Below are positions 30,045 to 38,759 of a stretch of DNA of 64,000 bases, piece after piece. Every line of letters begins with the position of its first letter. Position 1 is the stretch's first letter. The position numbers were made by a program, and so were the translations under genes. Origin of the DNA: an uncultured Patescibacteria group bacterium (GTDB lineage: Bacteria; Patescibacteriota; Microgenomatia; UBA1400; PJMF01); contig CAJQIG010000001.1 of assembly GCA_905478415.1 (NCBI GenBank), forward strand, positions 309,892-373,891, written 5' to 3'. The notes below the pieces were generated by a model. The model made no database searches, was not told where the DNA came from, and saw only the letters and a list, made by a program, of their open reading frames with translations.

Positions 30045-30446
30045 ATGAAAGAAAAACACCGCTCCTCTCCAGAAATTAGAATTCTTCTCGCCGAAGATAA
30101 TCATAATTGGCAACAGTTAGTTGATAGAATTGTCACTGAACTGGGAGGAACCCTGGTCCTTACCGTTGATACACTAGAAGAAGCCTTAGCAGCAATAGTT
30201 CTCATGGAAAAACTCCAAATTGACCTAGCCATCTTGGGTGGAAACCTTGGAGCCTTCGAGGAAGGTAACCCAGATGCAGTTGCTATGCTTGAAGCTATGG
30301 CCGTTCATGCTCCAACTGTTAAAACCGTTGGCCTTTCTGGAGACACTATTCCAGGTGCTGATGTTGATCTTGGTAAACAGAATGTTGATCAGTTAGAGAC
30401 AACAATTTTTGAACTGTTTACTGAGCCTGAAACTACCCAAGAATAG
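30045..30446 (+). CDS. Stand-alone receiver-like (REC) domain protein
   Basis: ILLAEDN; DLAILGGNL where the phospho-Asp is expected. Confidence 0.7.
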   Translation: MKEKHRSSPEIRILLAEDNHNWQQLVDRIVTELGGTLVLTVDTLEEALAAIVLMEKLQIDLAILGGNLGAFEEGNPDAVAMLEAMAVHAPTVKTVGLSGDTIPGADVDLGKQNVDQLETTIFELFTEPETTQE

Positions 30447-31800
30447 TTACTACCAAAAAATATAAAAAGAAACTAAATGCTGACAACATTGTCAACTTTC
30501 TTACTATGCCTGGATGGTACCGCTTTGGAAGCTCTCTTCTATTCAAAAAGTACACAAACCCAAAGGACATCATCATGGCCGCAGCATTAAGAATAGCTGA
30601 AAAAGTAATTAAAACTCTTGGTTCAGTGATACCCCACATATAAATACCGATACCAAGTAAAATCTGCAACCACAACACAATATAAAACCCTTTTGAAACA
30701 TTTACTTTTTGTCCTTTTTTATACGTAAGCAACAACACATTTTCAGAAATAATTCGGGCAGAAGATTCTAATACTCCTAACTGGGTTGAAAAAAGCATCA
30801 AAGCAGCGAGTAATAAGAAGAATATCTTTACCGTTGTCCCCAATGCATCACCAATAACGTTTGCTTCCATATACAAAAAACTGAGCCCTGACTCTACCAC
30901 CCGACCATACACTGTGGCTCTGGCTAGAGCTGAAAGCACAATAATACTCAAAAGTCCCAAGGTCCAAAAAACCATGAAGTGTTCAAGTGTTACCATCTTC
31001 CACCAAGCTTTCCATCGTTTTCTATTGGTGGGTGTATCAGAAAACAGATGCCCTTCAATTGAAATCGGCTGAGCATCCTTTGAAAAAAGTGAGCTAATTT
31101 TGGCTGCATACTTGCCCATTCCAAAACCCTTTTCCTTGACGTAATACGACTGAGCTAAATTTAAATTTCCCCCAGCACCTGCATAAGCAAACGCACCCAG
31201 AAAACTTGCTATCGAAACACCAGACGGGAAAAACCACCAATTTTCACCTCGCCCCATAAGTCCAAGGGCTACTTCTTGCCAATCCGTGCCCTTGGTTAAC
31301 AGTAGGGCAACTATAAATAAAAATGGTAATCCTAATAGGATAACCGTTTTTTGAAATCGTTCCATGGTCGCATAAATTGACTTTCCTGCTGTCAAGATGA
31401 GTCCTGTGATCAAAAGCAAACCAATAGCCACCATCTTTTCTGGCATCCAAGGAATAAATGAACTTAAAATCTCAGAGGCTGCAGATGAAAATCCCGGAAT
31501 TGACCAGGGAATAAAGGTAGAAATGATATACCACAGTGTCACAAGAACACCCATGCGCCGAAATCCCAGAAATACACTCTCACCCCGAGCCAAACTGTAT
31601 CGCATCACCTCGGTATTGAGAACGTATTGAAATGAGATACCAACTAATGCTCCCCACAATAATCCCAAACCATAGTTCGCGGCTAAGTAGGGCCACAAGA
31701 TAAGTTCACCACTGCCTAGTGCTAATCCTAGTAGAATAAATGAAGGGCCAAGTGTCTTGGAAAGAGAAGGTGGAGTACCTAAAGTAAATTTTTTGGGCAT
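30433..31800 (-). CDS. NRAMP-like (APC superfamily) transporter
   Basis: LGPSFILLGLALGSGELILWP and RYS...GES; about 11 TMs. Confidence 0.8.
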   Translation of the reverse strand: MPKKFTLGTPPSLSKTLGPSFILLGLALGSGELILWPYLAANYGLGLLWGALVGISFQYVLNTEVMRYSLARGESVFLGFRRMGVLVTLWYIISTFIPWSIPGFSSAASEILSSFIPWMPEKMVAIGLLLITGLILTAGKSIYATMERFQKTVILLGLPFLFIVALLLTKGTDWQEVALGLMGRGENWWFFPSGVSIASFLGAFAYAGAGGNLNLAQSYYVKEKGFGMGKYAAKISSLFSKDAQPISIEGHLFSDTPTNRKRWKAWWKMVTLEHFMVFWTLGLLSIIVLSALARATVYGRVVESGLSFLYMEANVIGDALGTTVKIFFLLLAALMLFSTQLGVLESSARIISENVLLLTYKKGQKVNVSKGFYIVLWLQILLGIGIYMWGITEPRVLITFSAILNAAAMMMSFGFVYFLNRRELPKRYHPGIVRKLTMLSAFSFFLYFLVVTILG

Positions 31801-31899
31801 GGCTGGATAAGATCCTGTATCTTATTCTAGATGAATTTTGAATAGCAGACAAGTGGAGTGAAAAAAATGCCGCCCAAATACTTTGAACGGCATACAATC

Positions 31900-32103
31900 T
31901 TAGGTTAGGACAAATAGTAACAGAAGTCCCCAACCAAAACCAATAATGAGCGCAGTAAAACCTGACCCATAGAGCATTAATATGGCGGCATACTTGCGCT
32001 TTGTTGGATCCTTTAGATACCAGTCATTTTGAAAAAGCAAACTGGCAAGAATCAACAACAGAATTCCAATGACTAAAAAAACAATTGGACCTGTGATACC
32101 CAC
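31900..32103 (-). CDS. Small membrane protein
   Basis: AAGGAGG RBS, GTG start, two TMs. Confidence 0.65.
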   Translation of the reverse strand: MGITGPIVFLVIGILLLILASLLFQNDWYLKDPTKRKYAAILMLYGSGFTALIIGFGWGLLLLFVLT

Positions 32104-32204
32104 AAAAATTCCTCCTTTTTGTGTGAATTACCCAAATTATAACATATAATATAAGCTCTTGTGGAGATGAGAACCCTACTCGTTCCCAATGGTATACTAA
32201 CCTT

Positions 32205-32927
32205 ATGTCTTCTCTAGTATCTTTCAAAACATATGGTTCAGGTCAAACCACCCTAGTCTGCTTTCCTGGTTGGCTCCATCCACTCGAAAAAGAACCACTC
32301 TTTTTAAAACTTTTGAGCAAAGAATTCACTGTTATCTCGGTACTCTTACCTGGATACATGGGTACTGCCGATGCAGATTCCCTCTCTGACTTTCCTGCTT
32401 TAGCACAAGATATTCATTCGTTTCTAAAAAAAATTCACAGTAAAAAAATTGTTTTAGTGGGGTTTTCTTTAGGCTGCCGACTGATAATGGAACTAGAAAA
32501 ACAGTTCCCCAGTGCTCACCCAAAAATCTTTGTTGGTTGCCCTATTGGTAGCTACCAGATTCCCTTTTGGGCAAAGCCTTTACTTTCGAAATCAAAGATT
32601 GTAAATGTATTGAGAAAAAGCAGTGTAATCAAGAAAAAAATTGTTACAATGGCACTGAGAAAACTCAGCACAAGGAAAGCGATTTTTAGAGATACATCTG
32701 TTTCTCTTACTGGCGCCTTTGACTCTTTAGTTGCCTTACTACTCAGCAAGACTGATGATTCCTTGTTTACTCAGAATGCTCTCTTTATTTATGGGGAAAA
32801 TGATGCTTACACTCAGCTTGCAAAAGTGCTTTCGCCAAAAAATATCATCTTTATTAAAAATGCAGAACACAACTGCGTTAGATCTAATGAAAAAAGAGTT
32901 ATAAAACACATGAGAGAATTTATTTAG
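32205..32927 (+). CDS. Alpha/beta hydrolase
   Basis: LPGY.G, GFSLG, YGEND and AEH. Confidence 0.85.
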   Translation: MSSLVSFKTYGSGQTTLVCFPGWLHPLEKEPLFLKLLSKEFTVISVLLPGYMGTADADSLSDFPALAQDIHSFLKKIHSKKIVLVGFSLGCRLIMELEKQFPSAHPKIFVGCPIGSYQIPFWAKPLLSKSKIVNVLRKSSVIKKKIVTMALRKLSTRKAIFRDTSVSLTGAFDSLVALLLSKTDDSLFTQNALFIYGENDAYTQLAKVLSPKNIIFIKNAEHNCVRSNEKRVIKHMREFI

Positions 32928-32948
32928 TAAAAAAGTTAGGAGTTACAA

Positions 32949-33326
32949 ATGATACAACAAGAACAAAAAAGAAGAATGCCAACACAAGCTGAAGCAAATC
33001 AGCGTCACGGGCATGTCTACATTACTCGTTTGATGAACACAGAGGACTTACAAACAATAGAAGCAGACTTTGGCCAAATTGCATTAGCTTTCAGAAGAAT
33101 TAAAGCTGAAGAAATTGGTTCAAGCTTTCATCCAGGATTAATTGAAACGAGGTACTTAGCTTTGGCTGGCAGTTTTGTTCCTAAGTATCTTGATAAACTG
33201 GTACAAGGAAATGCAACCGGTGACGATGCCACATCAATTAGATCAGCAATTGAATCTGTCGAACTTGGAGAAGTTGAGTATCCAGTTACGGTTACAACTT
33301 TGAAAAAGTTGTTCGTTGGTTTGTAA
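32949..33326 (+). CDS. Hypothetical protein
   Basis: AGGAG RBS; 125 aa. Confidence 0.65.
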   Translation: MIQQEQKRRMPTQAEANQRHGHVYITRLMNTEDLQTIEADFGQIALAFRRIKAEEIGSSFHPGLIETRYLALAGSFVPKYLDKLVQGNATGDDATSIRSAIESVELGEVEYPVTVTTLKKLFVGL

Positions 33327-33331
33327 AGAAA

Positions 33332-33359
33332 TACTGTAAAATTGAATGTGCTTGGAACT
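33332..33359. repeat. Att-like repeat copy D (most degenerate)
   Basis: ...attgaatgtgcttggaact; shares TTGGAACT and abuts the stop codon of the 33359-33841 gene. Confidence 0.45.
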
Positions 33360-33841
33360 TATTTTGTATAGTATTCTCTATTTCTCTTAGCCTCATTAGT
33401 ACTCCAAGCCATGGCTTTCTGTGCATCATCTTGACTTTGCAATGGAATACTTTCCACCCATTTTAAATCTTCTGGCAATAAATGATCAAAATCTTTACCT
33501 GGCAAAATGGTATAAAAATCTCCTGGTATTTCTTCTGGGGGAAAACCCGTATTAATTAAAATCTTTAACCCAGCAGCAGAATCAGTGACGCTCGTCATTG
33601 AAATATTAGTTATCGAAACTGCACTATGACCAGTAATTTGCACTAGCCTTATCTGGTATTTAGAAAGATCAACTTTTTCAATAAGCATTTTTGCTATTTT
33701 AACTGCTTTTCTATGGCAAATATCATTATGTAAATTTTCATTTCCCAGTGCTTCTAGAATTACTGCTTTCAACTCTGTTTCTAGTTGCACTAATTCCTGC
33801 TTTGAAAAAGGGGTTTTGTCAAAACCTGATATTTCTGTCAT
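33359..33841 (-). CDS. Hypothetical protein (possible papain/transglutaminase-like C..H)
   Basis: 160 aa; DICH...GHSAV pattern; family call weak. Confidence 0.65.
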   Translation of the reverse strand: MTEISGFDKTPFSKQELVQLETELKAVILEALGNENLHNDICHRKAVKIAKMLIEKVDLSKYQIRLVQITGHSAVSITNISMTSVTDSAAGLKILINTGFPPEEIPGDFYTILPGKDFDHLLPEDLKWVESIPLQSQDDAQKAMAWSTNEAKRNREYYTK

Positions 33842-33861
33842 AAAACAAATTCTACTATTTT

Positions 33862-33927
33862 TATAAAAAAATATCGAACACAGATGTACAGTATCGAGAA
33901 TTTAGGGTGTTATTGGAACTACTCTAA
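33862..33927. repeat. Att-like repeat copy C
   Basis: 19/28 ungapped identity to copy A; ttggaactactctaa (33913-33927) identical to 36026-36040; left arm at(a)8tatcg as in copy B. Confidence 0.7.
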
Positions 33928-34379
33928 ACTGATAATGACGATTTAGTGGTATGTTTATTCCTTCTAAATCCGGTTTCTTGATCTATAATTACTGATTCTC
34001 CGTCAAGATGAATAAGTTCTATTTTATTTTTTTTAGTTGTAAGGAAATGTAAAAAATAGTGATTCGACATTTCAATAAATAATTCTAAAGAATCTTTAAA
34101 TAGTTTGGTCGACTCAACACTCATTCCAATTAACTGGTTAAAAAACAAGATAATATCTTCTGAATCATAACTGTCATCAATTTTAGTTCTTCCCGAATCT
34201 AGAACTTCCCAATTCTTACCAATATATAAAATAAGATTACCAGTTTTTTGATTCTGTTTTGAACCAAAATAAAGTGCTAACTCATTGAAAAAGACCTCAA
34301 CATGTAATAGTTCTAAATTCTCTAAATTATAAAATTCTTCTTCGATATCTAAAAATGATTCTTGTGTCATGTTATTCAA
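33924..34379 (-). CDS. Hypothetical acidic protein (immunity-protein-like)
   Basis: AT-rich; L.L.FG...L.I...W pattern, loosely similar to the N-half of the next gene. Confidence 0.65.
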   Translation of the reverse strand: MNNMTQESFLDIEEEFYNLENLELLHVEVFFNELALYFGSKQNQKTGNLILYIGKNWEVLDSGRTKIDDSYDSEDIILFFNQLIGMSVESTKLFKDSLELFIEMSNHYFLHFLTTKKNKIELIHLDGESVIIDQETGFRRNKHTTKSSLSV

Positions 34380-34442
34380 CTATACATTAAAAAATAGATA
34401 CTCATAAATACTTTATTCAAGATTTTTTTCATATTAATTACT

Positions 34443-35396
34443 CTAAAAAGTATTTTCGTACCACTTAAGTGCTCTAATGAGACCTTGATTACAATATTCC
34501 TGTCTGACAACCTCTTCGACATCTTTTTCAGATTTCATCCACCCTTTTAGGGGATCTATCATAGATTTTAAAATATCTTTAGCTTCCTCAATAGAAAATT
34601 TATTTTTTTCACACTCATTTTTAGAAAGACTTATCAGTTCTTCTAGCGGAACTGTCTCAAGTCTAATTCTGTCTGTAGAAGATCTTCTTATACCCCAAGG
34701 AGAAAAGAGTAAAATGCTTTTATTCGATAGTTCGGTACTCAGCACCTCATATAAAACTTTTGCCTGAATAAACGATACAGGACTTTTTCTTTCCCTCGCT
34801 TGTTTTATGGCATGAGTTGTAAAATTTCTGTGCTCTGTACGAAAGTAATCAAGGTCAAAGATCGCAACTTTATAAGGACCATGTTCTTCACCGTTAGTAA
34901 TCTCTTCTAACCAAGAAGTGCCCTTTGTTACCAAATTATAGTTTTGATATGTTTTATTTTCATCTAAAATAAGTTGATAAAAAAACGTGTCTTCAGAAGT
35001 CAGATCTTCTTGTGCTTCTAAAATTGAACCATCATCAAAATATATTTTTAGTACTTTTGATTCTTCACTTACTTCTAAGTTCTTGATTATAAGGGTAGTA
35101 TCTACCAATGTTACTAGTTCATCAGCTACCGCAAGCATATGATACTGTTCATCAATAAACTCATTCTTGAAAACGGAAATTTCTCTACCTTTAGCGTTTT
35201 TCCAACTCCATGTATCTGTTCCAATTGATAAGTGATAGTTAGCTTCATGTTTTTTTGAATATATTGAGATAAATAGTTGCTTTGTGTCTGAAGAACTATT
35301 TTGAATAGTTACTATTCTCAAGCCACTCAAATGATTATTTAACCTGGTTTGTGCCTCTTTGTAAGACAGTTTGTTTGTTTGGTAAAAATTACTCAT
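34443..35396 (-). CDS. Hypothetical protein
   Basis: Start moved to ATG at 35396, 6 nt after TATAAT. Confidence 0.7.
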   Translation of the reverse strand: MSNFYQTNKLSYKEAQTRLNNHLSGLRIVTIQNSSSDTKQLFISIYSKKHEANYHLSIGTDTWSWKNAKGREISVFKNEFIDEQYHMLAVADELVTLVDTTLIIKNLEVSEESKVLKIYFDDGSILEAQEDLTSEDTFFYQLILDENKTYQNYNLVTKGTSWLEEITNGEEHGPYKVAIFDLDYFRTEHRNFTTHAIKQARERKSPVSFIQAKVLYEVLSTELSNKSILLFSPWGIRRSSTDRIRLETVPLEELISLSKNECEKNKFSIEEAKDILKSMIDPLKGWMKSEKDVEEVVRQEYCNQGLIRALKWYENTF

Positions 35397-35423
35397 GTAT
35401 TTATTATACAGTAAGTGTGTGAG

Positions 35424-35870
35424 GAAGAAGATTTGCAGATTTTCTGTCTTACTCACATAGAATTAAATTTTGTTTAACTTTTTGTAAGAAGCAGACTTAG
35501 GATCGAAAGTGGCCTTGACCACGATAGATCTCAATATCTACTCGTACATATCCCAGATTTGTTGCAAATTCCTTACGATAAAATGCTCGGTTCTGCCCGG
35601 CACTTGCGCCACCTACAGCCCCATCAATGGCTCGTTTTGCGGCATCGATTGCATTACGAAAATCTTGACGATTTCGCAATGAACTATAATAACGGCACGA
35701 TTCCTCGTAAACCTCTTCCAACAATTGCTTGCCTTCTGAGCGTGAACAAGAACCACCGTTATAACTTCGGCTGGCAATATTCTCGCTGCGTACTTGAACT
35801 TGGAATGCTACACTCATGATTTTTACCCCTTGTTTTGAGTGAGGGACAAAATCAACTGCAAATCTTCTTC
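35424..35870. repeat. Inverted repeat pair flanking the 35497-35817 gene
   Basis: gaagaagatttgcag (35424-35438) / ctgcaaatcttcttc (35856-35870) perfect 15 bp, imperfectly extended to actca(35455)/tgagt(35836). Confidence 0.8.
35497..35817 (-). CDS. Small basic hypothetical protein (possible stand-alone toxin-like domain)
   Basis: AAGGGG RBS; FQVQ...RVDIEIYRG pattern. Confidence 0.65.
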   Translation of the reverse strand: MSVAFQVQVRSENIASRSYNGGSCSRSEGKQLLEEVYEESCRYYSSLRNRQDFRNAIDAAKRAIDGAVGGASAGQNRAFYRKEFATNLGYVRVDIEIYRGQGHFRS

Positions 35871-35984
35871 ACTTAAAGAACAGCTATTATCGAGAACTTC
35901 ATACGCAGATGAAGTCCACTAAAAATAACTACGAGGATTATAACATGATTAATATATAACTTAGTATCAAAAGATATCAAAAAC

Positions 35985-36040
35985 TATTGTTTAAAAAACC
36001 TCGATGTCGGGGGTTTAGAACGATGTTGGAACTACTCTAA
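35985..36040. repeat. Att-like repeat copy A (imperfect palindrome)
   Basis: 36006-36033 matches 36435-36462 at 25/28; dyad attgttttaaaaaacctcga-tg-tcgggggtttagaacgat. Confidence 0.8.
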
Positions 36041-36355
36041 GTAAAAAGCGGGGTTAACACATCTGACGCTTGAAAAAACGGTTGACTCTACTACTCCATC
36101 AGAAGTTCCTATTAAATTTGTGCCAACAGTACCAGTACGATTAGAGAATACTCGAACATTATCTGGCAATGATGTAACCATCTCATCAAATTTAGACTTC
36201 GGAATCTCACTCAATATCCTGATTCCTATTTTGTCTGGCTTGTCAATTCTCTCATAAAGGTAATTCCCAAAAGGAGAAGCATCTATAATTACTTTTAACT
36301 CATGATATCGAGCTTCTGTTTCATGCAAGTCTATCTCTTCCATACTGCCTTTCAA
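36032..36355 (-). CDS. Hypothetical protein
   Basis: About 100 aa ORF; likely start is the ATG of MEEIDL. Confidence 0.6.
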   Translation of the reverse strand: MKGSMEEIDLHETEARYHELKVIIDASPFGNYLYERIDKPDKIGIRILSEIPKSKFDEMVTSLPDNVRVFSNRTGTVGTNLIGTSDGVVESTVFSSVRCVNPAFYLE

Positions 36356-36404
36356 TTCTAAAAAGTTATTAATCTTTGAGACAACTCAAATATAACATAT
36401 CAGC

Positions 36405-36462
36405 ATAAAAAAATATCGCCATTTTTTTCTATGCGTCGGGTGTTTGGGACGATGTTGGAACT
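36405..36462. repeat. Att-like repeat copy B
   Basis: gtcgggtgtttgggacgatgttggaact; left arm at(a)7tatcg lies 17 nt before the core, same spacing as copy C. Confidence 0.8.
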
Positions 36463-36475
36463 TTAGTTAAAGAAA

Positions 36476-36904
36476 CTATTCAGTAATAACAGGTGGCCTC
36501 GATACATAGTTTGTATGCCTCCACCAATCAGGAATAAACTTTAAAAAGAGTGTTTTGTCACTTTCATATGATTTAGATTGGGGAAACTTCTTGTAGTGTA
36601 TTGCCGTAATCTTTTCAATCTCTGAGCTGGTTTCAACTAGATAGATTGTTCCACTCAACTGCAGTGTCTGCTTGAGTTCTTCAGTTGTTCCAATAACGAG
36701 CGAAGCATGACACTGTTTAGCATCTGTAAGTTTTTCAACTTTTTTTGTACTACTTTCTGTAAAGAAATATATTTCAAGTGGATCTGGATTACAAGAATAC
36801 AACATGGCAGCTGCATGAACCTTTTCCAAAGGTAATGATGTTGCCAAAACGCTTACGCGTTGTCGTAACAAAAAACTTAATACTTCTTTCGGCAGTGTTT
36901 TCAT
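36476..36904 (-). CDS. Pyridoxamine 5'-phosphate oxidase-like FMN-binding split-barrel protein
   Basis: VLAT, IYFFT...TKK...ASLVI...TLQLSG. Confidence 0.8.
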   Translation of the reverse strand: MKTLPKEVLSFLLRQRVSVLATSLPLEKVHAAAMLYSCNPDPLEIYFFTESSTKKVEKLTDAKQCHASLVIGTTEELKQTLQLSGTIYLVETSSEIEKITAIHYKKFPQSKSYESDKTLFLKFIPDWWRHTNYVSRPPVITE

Positions 36905-36907
36905 ATC

Positions 36908-37297
36908 TCAAATCACTTTCACAGCTTTTGCATTACGCATCTTTGCATCTGCATACTCAAAAAGCACACCCTGTTTTGACGTAGAATTATTTCTAACAGC
37001 ATGTGAGAGGTTTGGTGGAATTTCAAAAAGTAGAACGGTATCCCCTGACTGCATAGTAACTTCATGTGTAACATCCTCTGCATCTACCCAAAATAAAGAT
37101 AAATCATCCATTGTCACAAACCACTCAGTCCGAGGGTGCGTATGATTACCTCCATAACTGCCAGGAGCTAAAAGAATAATCTGCTGATCTTTAATAAGGT
37201 TTTTCTCAATTGGAAGATCATCTGTGTTTAATACCCAGACCTTTGGATCTTGTTTTTGGTATGAATAATTAAGTTTGGTTATCTTGGGTTCTAACAT
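36908..37297 (-). CDS. Cupin domain protein
   Basis: GGNHTHPRTEWF and IPPNLSHAVRN; real start is ATG 37297, since the longer track ORF runs into the tRNA. Confidence 0.82.
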   Translation of the reverse strand: MLEPKITKLNYSYQKQDPKVWVLNTDDLPIEKNLIKDQQIILLAPGSYGGNHTHPRTEWFVTMDDLSLFWVDAEDVTHEVTMQSGDTVLLFEIPPNLSHAVRNNSTSKQGVLFEYADAKMRNAKAVKVI

Positions 37298-37347
37298 AGA
37301 GCTATCATAGCAGATCACAGGTATTTGCAGAGAATAAAATCGAGGTG

Positions 37348-37421
37348 TCGGGTTGACTGGACTCGAACCAGCGACCTCACGCACCCCATGCGCGCACTCT
37401 AGCCATCTGAGCTACAACCCG
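37348..37421 (-). tRNA. tRNA-Pro(GGG), CCA not encoded
   Basis: CGGGTTG-TA-GCTC..GAGT-G-CGCGC-ATGGGGT-GCGTG-AGGTC-GCTGG-TTCGAGT-CCAGT-CAACCCG-A cloverleaf. Confidence 0.96.
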
Positions 37422-37585
37422 GCTTGTATTCTGATATTCTTCCTACTGAAGATGTCAGAATACACTCGTATTATACATATAGTTTTTAATCCAATACTAC
37501 GTAAATTCTCTATAGCAAAAGCATGTAAAGTATGCTTTAGTAGTAATATAAAAGAATAAAAAACCCAAAACAGTAAGGAGTTTCT

Positions 37586-38644
37586 ATGGCTAGAACAAAG
37601 AAGACTGACACACCAACAAAAGATGGTAAATCAGTTGAACAAAACGCTAAATTACAAGCCGTTAACATTGCAATGCAACAAATTGAAAAAGAGTTTGGCA
37701 AAGGCTCAGTCATGAAAATGGGTGACTCACTCAAAAACATGACCATCATCCCAGCCGTCTCAACTGGCTCCCTCTCGCTCAATCTGGCGTTAGGTGTTGG
37801 TGGCTTTCCAAAAGGAAGAATCGTTGAAATTTACGGACCAGAGGCATCAGGTAAAACCACTATTTGTCTGCACGCTATCGCTGCAACTCAAAAACAAGGT
37901 GGAGTAGCTGCCTTTATTGACGTTGAACATGCTCTTGATCCAACCAGAGCTGAAAAAATCGGTGTTAACCTCGATGATATGATCATTTCTCAACCAGATT
38001 ACGGTGAACAGGCCCTCGAAATTGCCGAAACGCTTATCCGATCGGGTGGTGTGGACATTGTAGTTATCGATTCAGTTGCAGCCTTAGTCCCTAAGTCAGA
38101 AATTGAAGGCGAGATGGGCGATCACCAAATGGGTACTCAAGCACGACTCATGTCTCAAGCAATGAGAAAACTGACTGCAGCTATCAGTAAAACAAAAACC
38201 CTGGTTATCTTCACCAACCAGATTCGACACAAAATTGGAGTCATGTTTGGAAGTCCAGAAACAACTACTGGTGGTAATGCCCTCAAGTTTTATGCTTCGC
38301 AAAGACTCGATATTAGAAAAATTGGCAACATCCAAGAAGGTGATCAGATTGTTGGTAGCAGACACAGAGTCAAAGTTAAGAAAAATAAATTAGCTCCACC
38401 ATTTAGAGTAGCTGAGTTTGATATGGACGAGAATGGTGTTTCTATGACTGGAGACGTGGTCGACATTGGAGTCAGTGAAGGTGTCATAGAAAAGGCAGGT
38501 AGTTTCTATAAATACGATGGTAATGTGCTGGCACAAGGACGAGAGGCCACTAAGAAACATTTTGATGCAAATCCTGATTTCATGAAGAAAATTCAAAAGG
38601 AAATCTGGGCTAAAATCAAAGAAAAGAACCAAATTTCAGATTAA
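37586..38644 (+). CDS. recA: Recombinase A
   Basis: [24 protein letters not shown] and [10 protein letters not shown]. Confidence 0.99.
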   Translation: MARTKKTDTPTKDGKSVEQNAKLQAVNIAMQQIEKEFGKGSVMKMGDSLKNMTIIPAVSTGSLSLNLALGVGGFPKGRIVEIYGPEASGKTTICLHAIAATQKQGGVAAFIDVEHALDPTRAEKIGVNLDDMIISQPDYGEQALEIAETLIRSGGVDIVVIDSVAALVPKSEIEGEMGDHQMGTQARLMSQAMRKLTAAISKTKTLVIFTNQIRHKIGVMFGSPETTTGGNALKFYASQRLDIRKIGNIQEGDQIVGSRHRVKVKKNKLAPPFRVAEFDMDENGVSMTGDVVDIGVSEGVIEKAGSFYKYDGNVLAQGREATKKHFDANPDFMKKIQKEIWAKIKEKNQISD

Positions 38645-38664
38645 GAAATCATTTTGTCAAAAAC

Positions 38665-38701
38665 CCAGGTACGTTGCTAAAAAATTGCAACGTACGTCTG
38701 G
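38665..38701 (+). terminator. Hairpin after recA (probable terminator or stabiliser)
   Basis: gtacgttgc(38669-38677)/gcaacgtac(38687-38695) stem with outer ccag/ctgg; no strong U-tract. Confidence 0.5.
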
Positions 38702-38730
38702 TGAAAATAGATTTTAAAATGAGTTTATCA

Positions 38731-38759
38731 TTGACTCTACACTGCTCGTAGAGTACAAT
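38731..38759 (+). promoter_or_regulatory. sigma70 promoter upstream of rny
   Basis: TTGACT-17 nt-TACAAT. Confidence 0.7.

Noticed and set aside
33332-36462. Repeats A-D as a CRISPR array or integron attC sites
   Set aside because: Spacing is gene-sized and irregular, there is no cas or intI gene, and the sites lack the paired RYYYAAC/GTTRRRY boxes.
37298-37384. N-terminal extension of the cupin ORF (MREVAGSSPV...) and ORF 37353-37559
   Set aside because: Artefacts of translating the tRNA-Pro gene.
37430-37585. LexA/SOS box upstream of recA
   Set aside because: No convincing palindromic operator seen.
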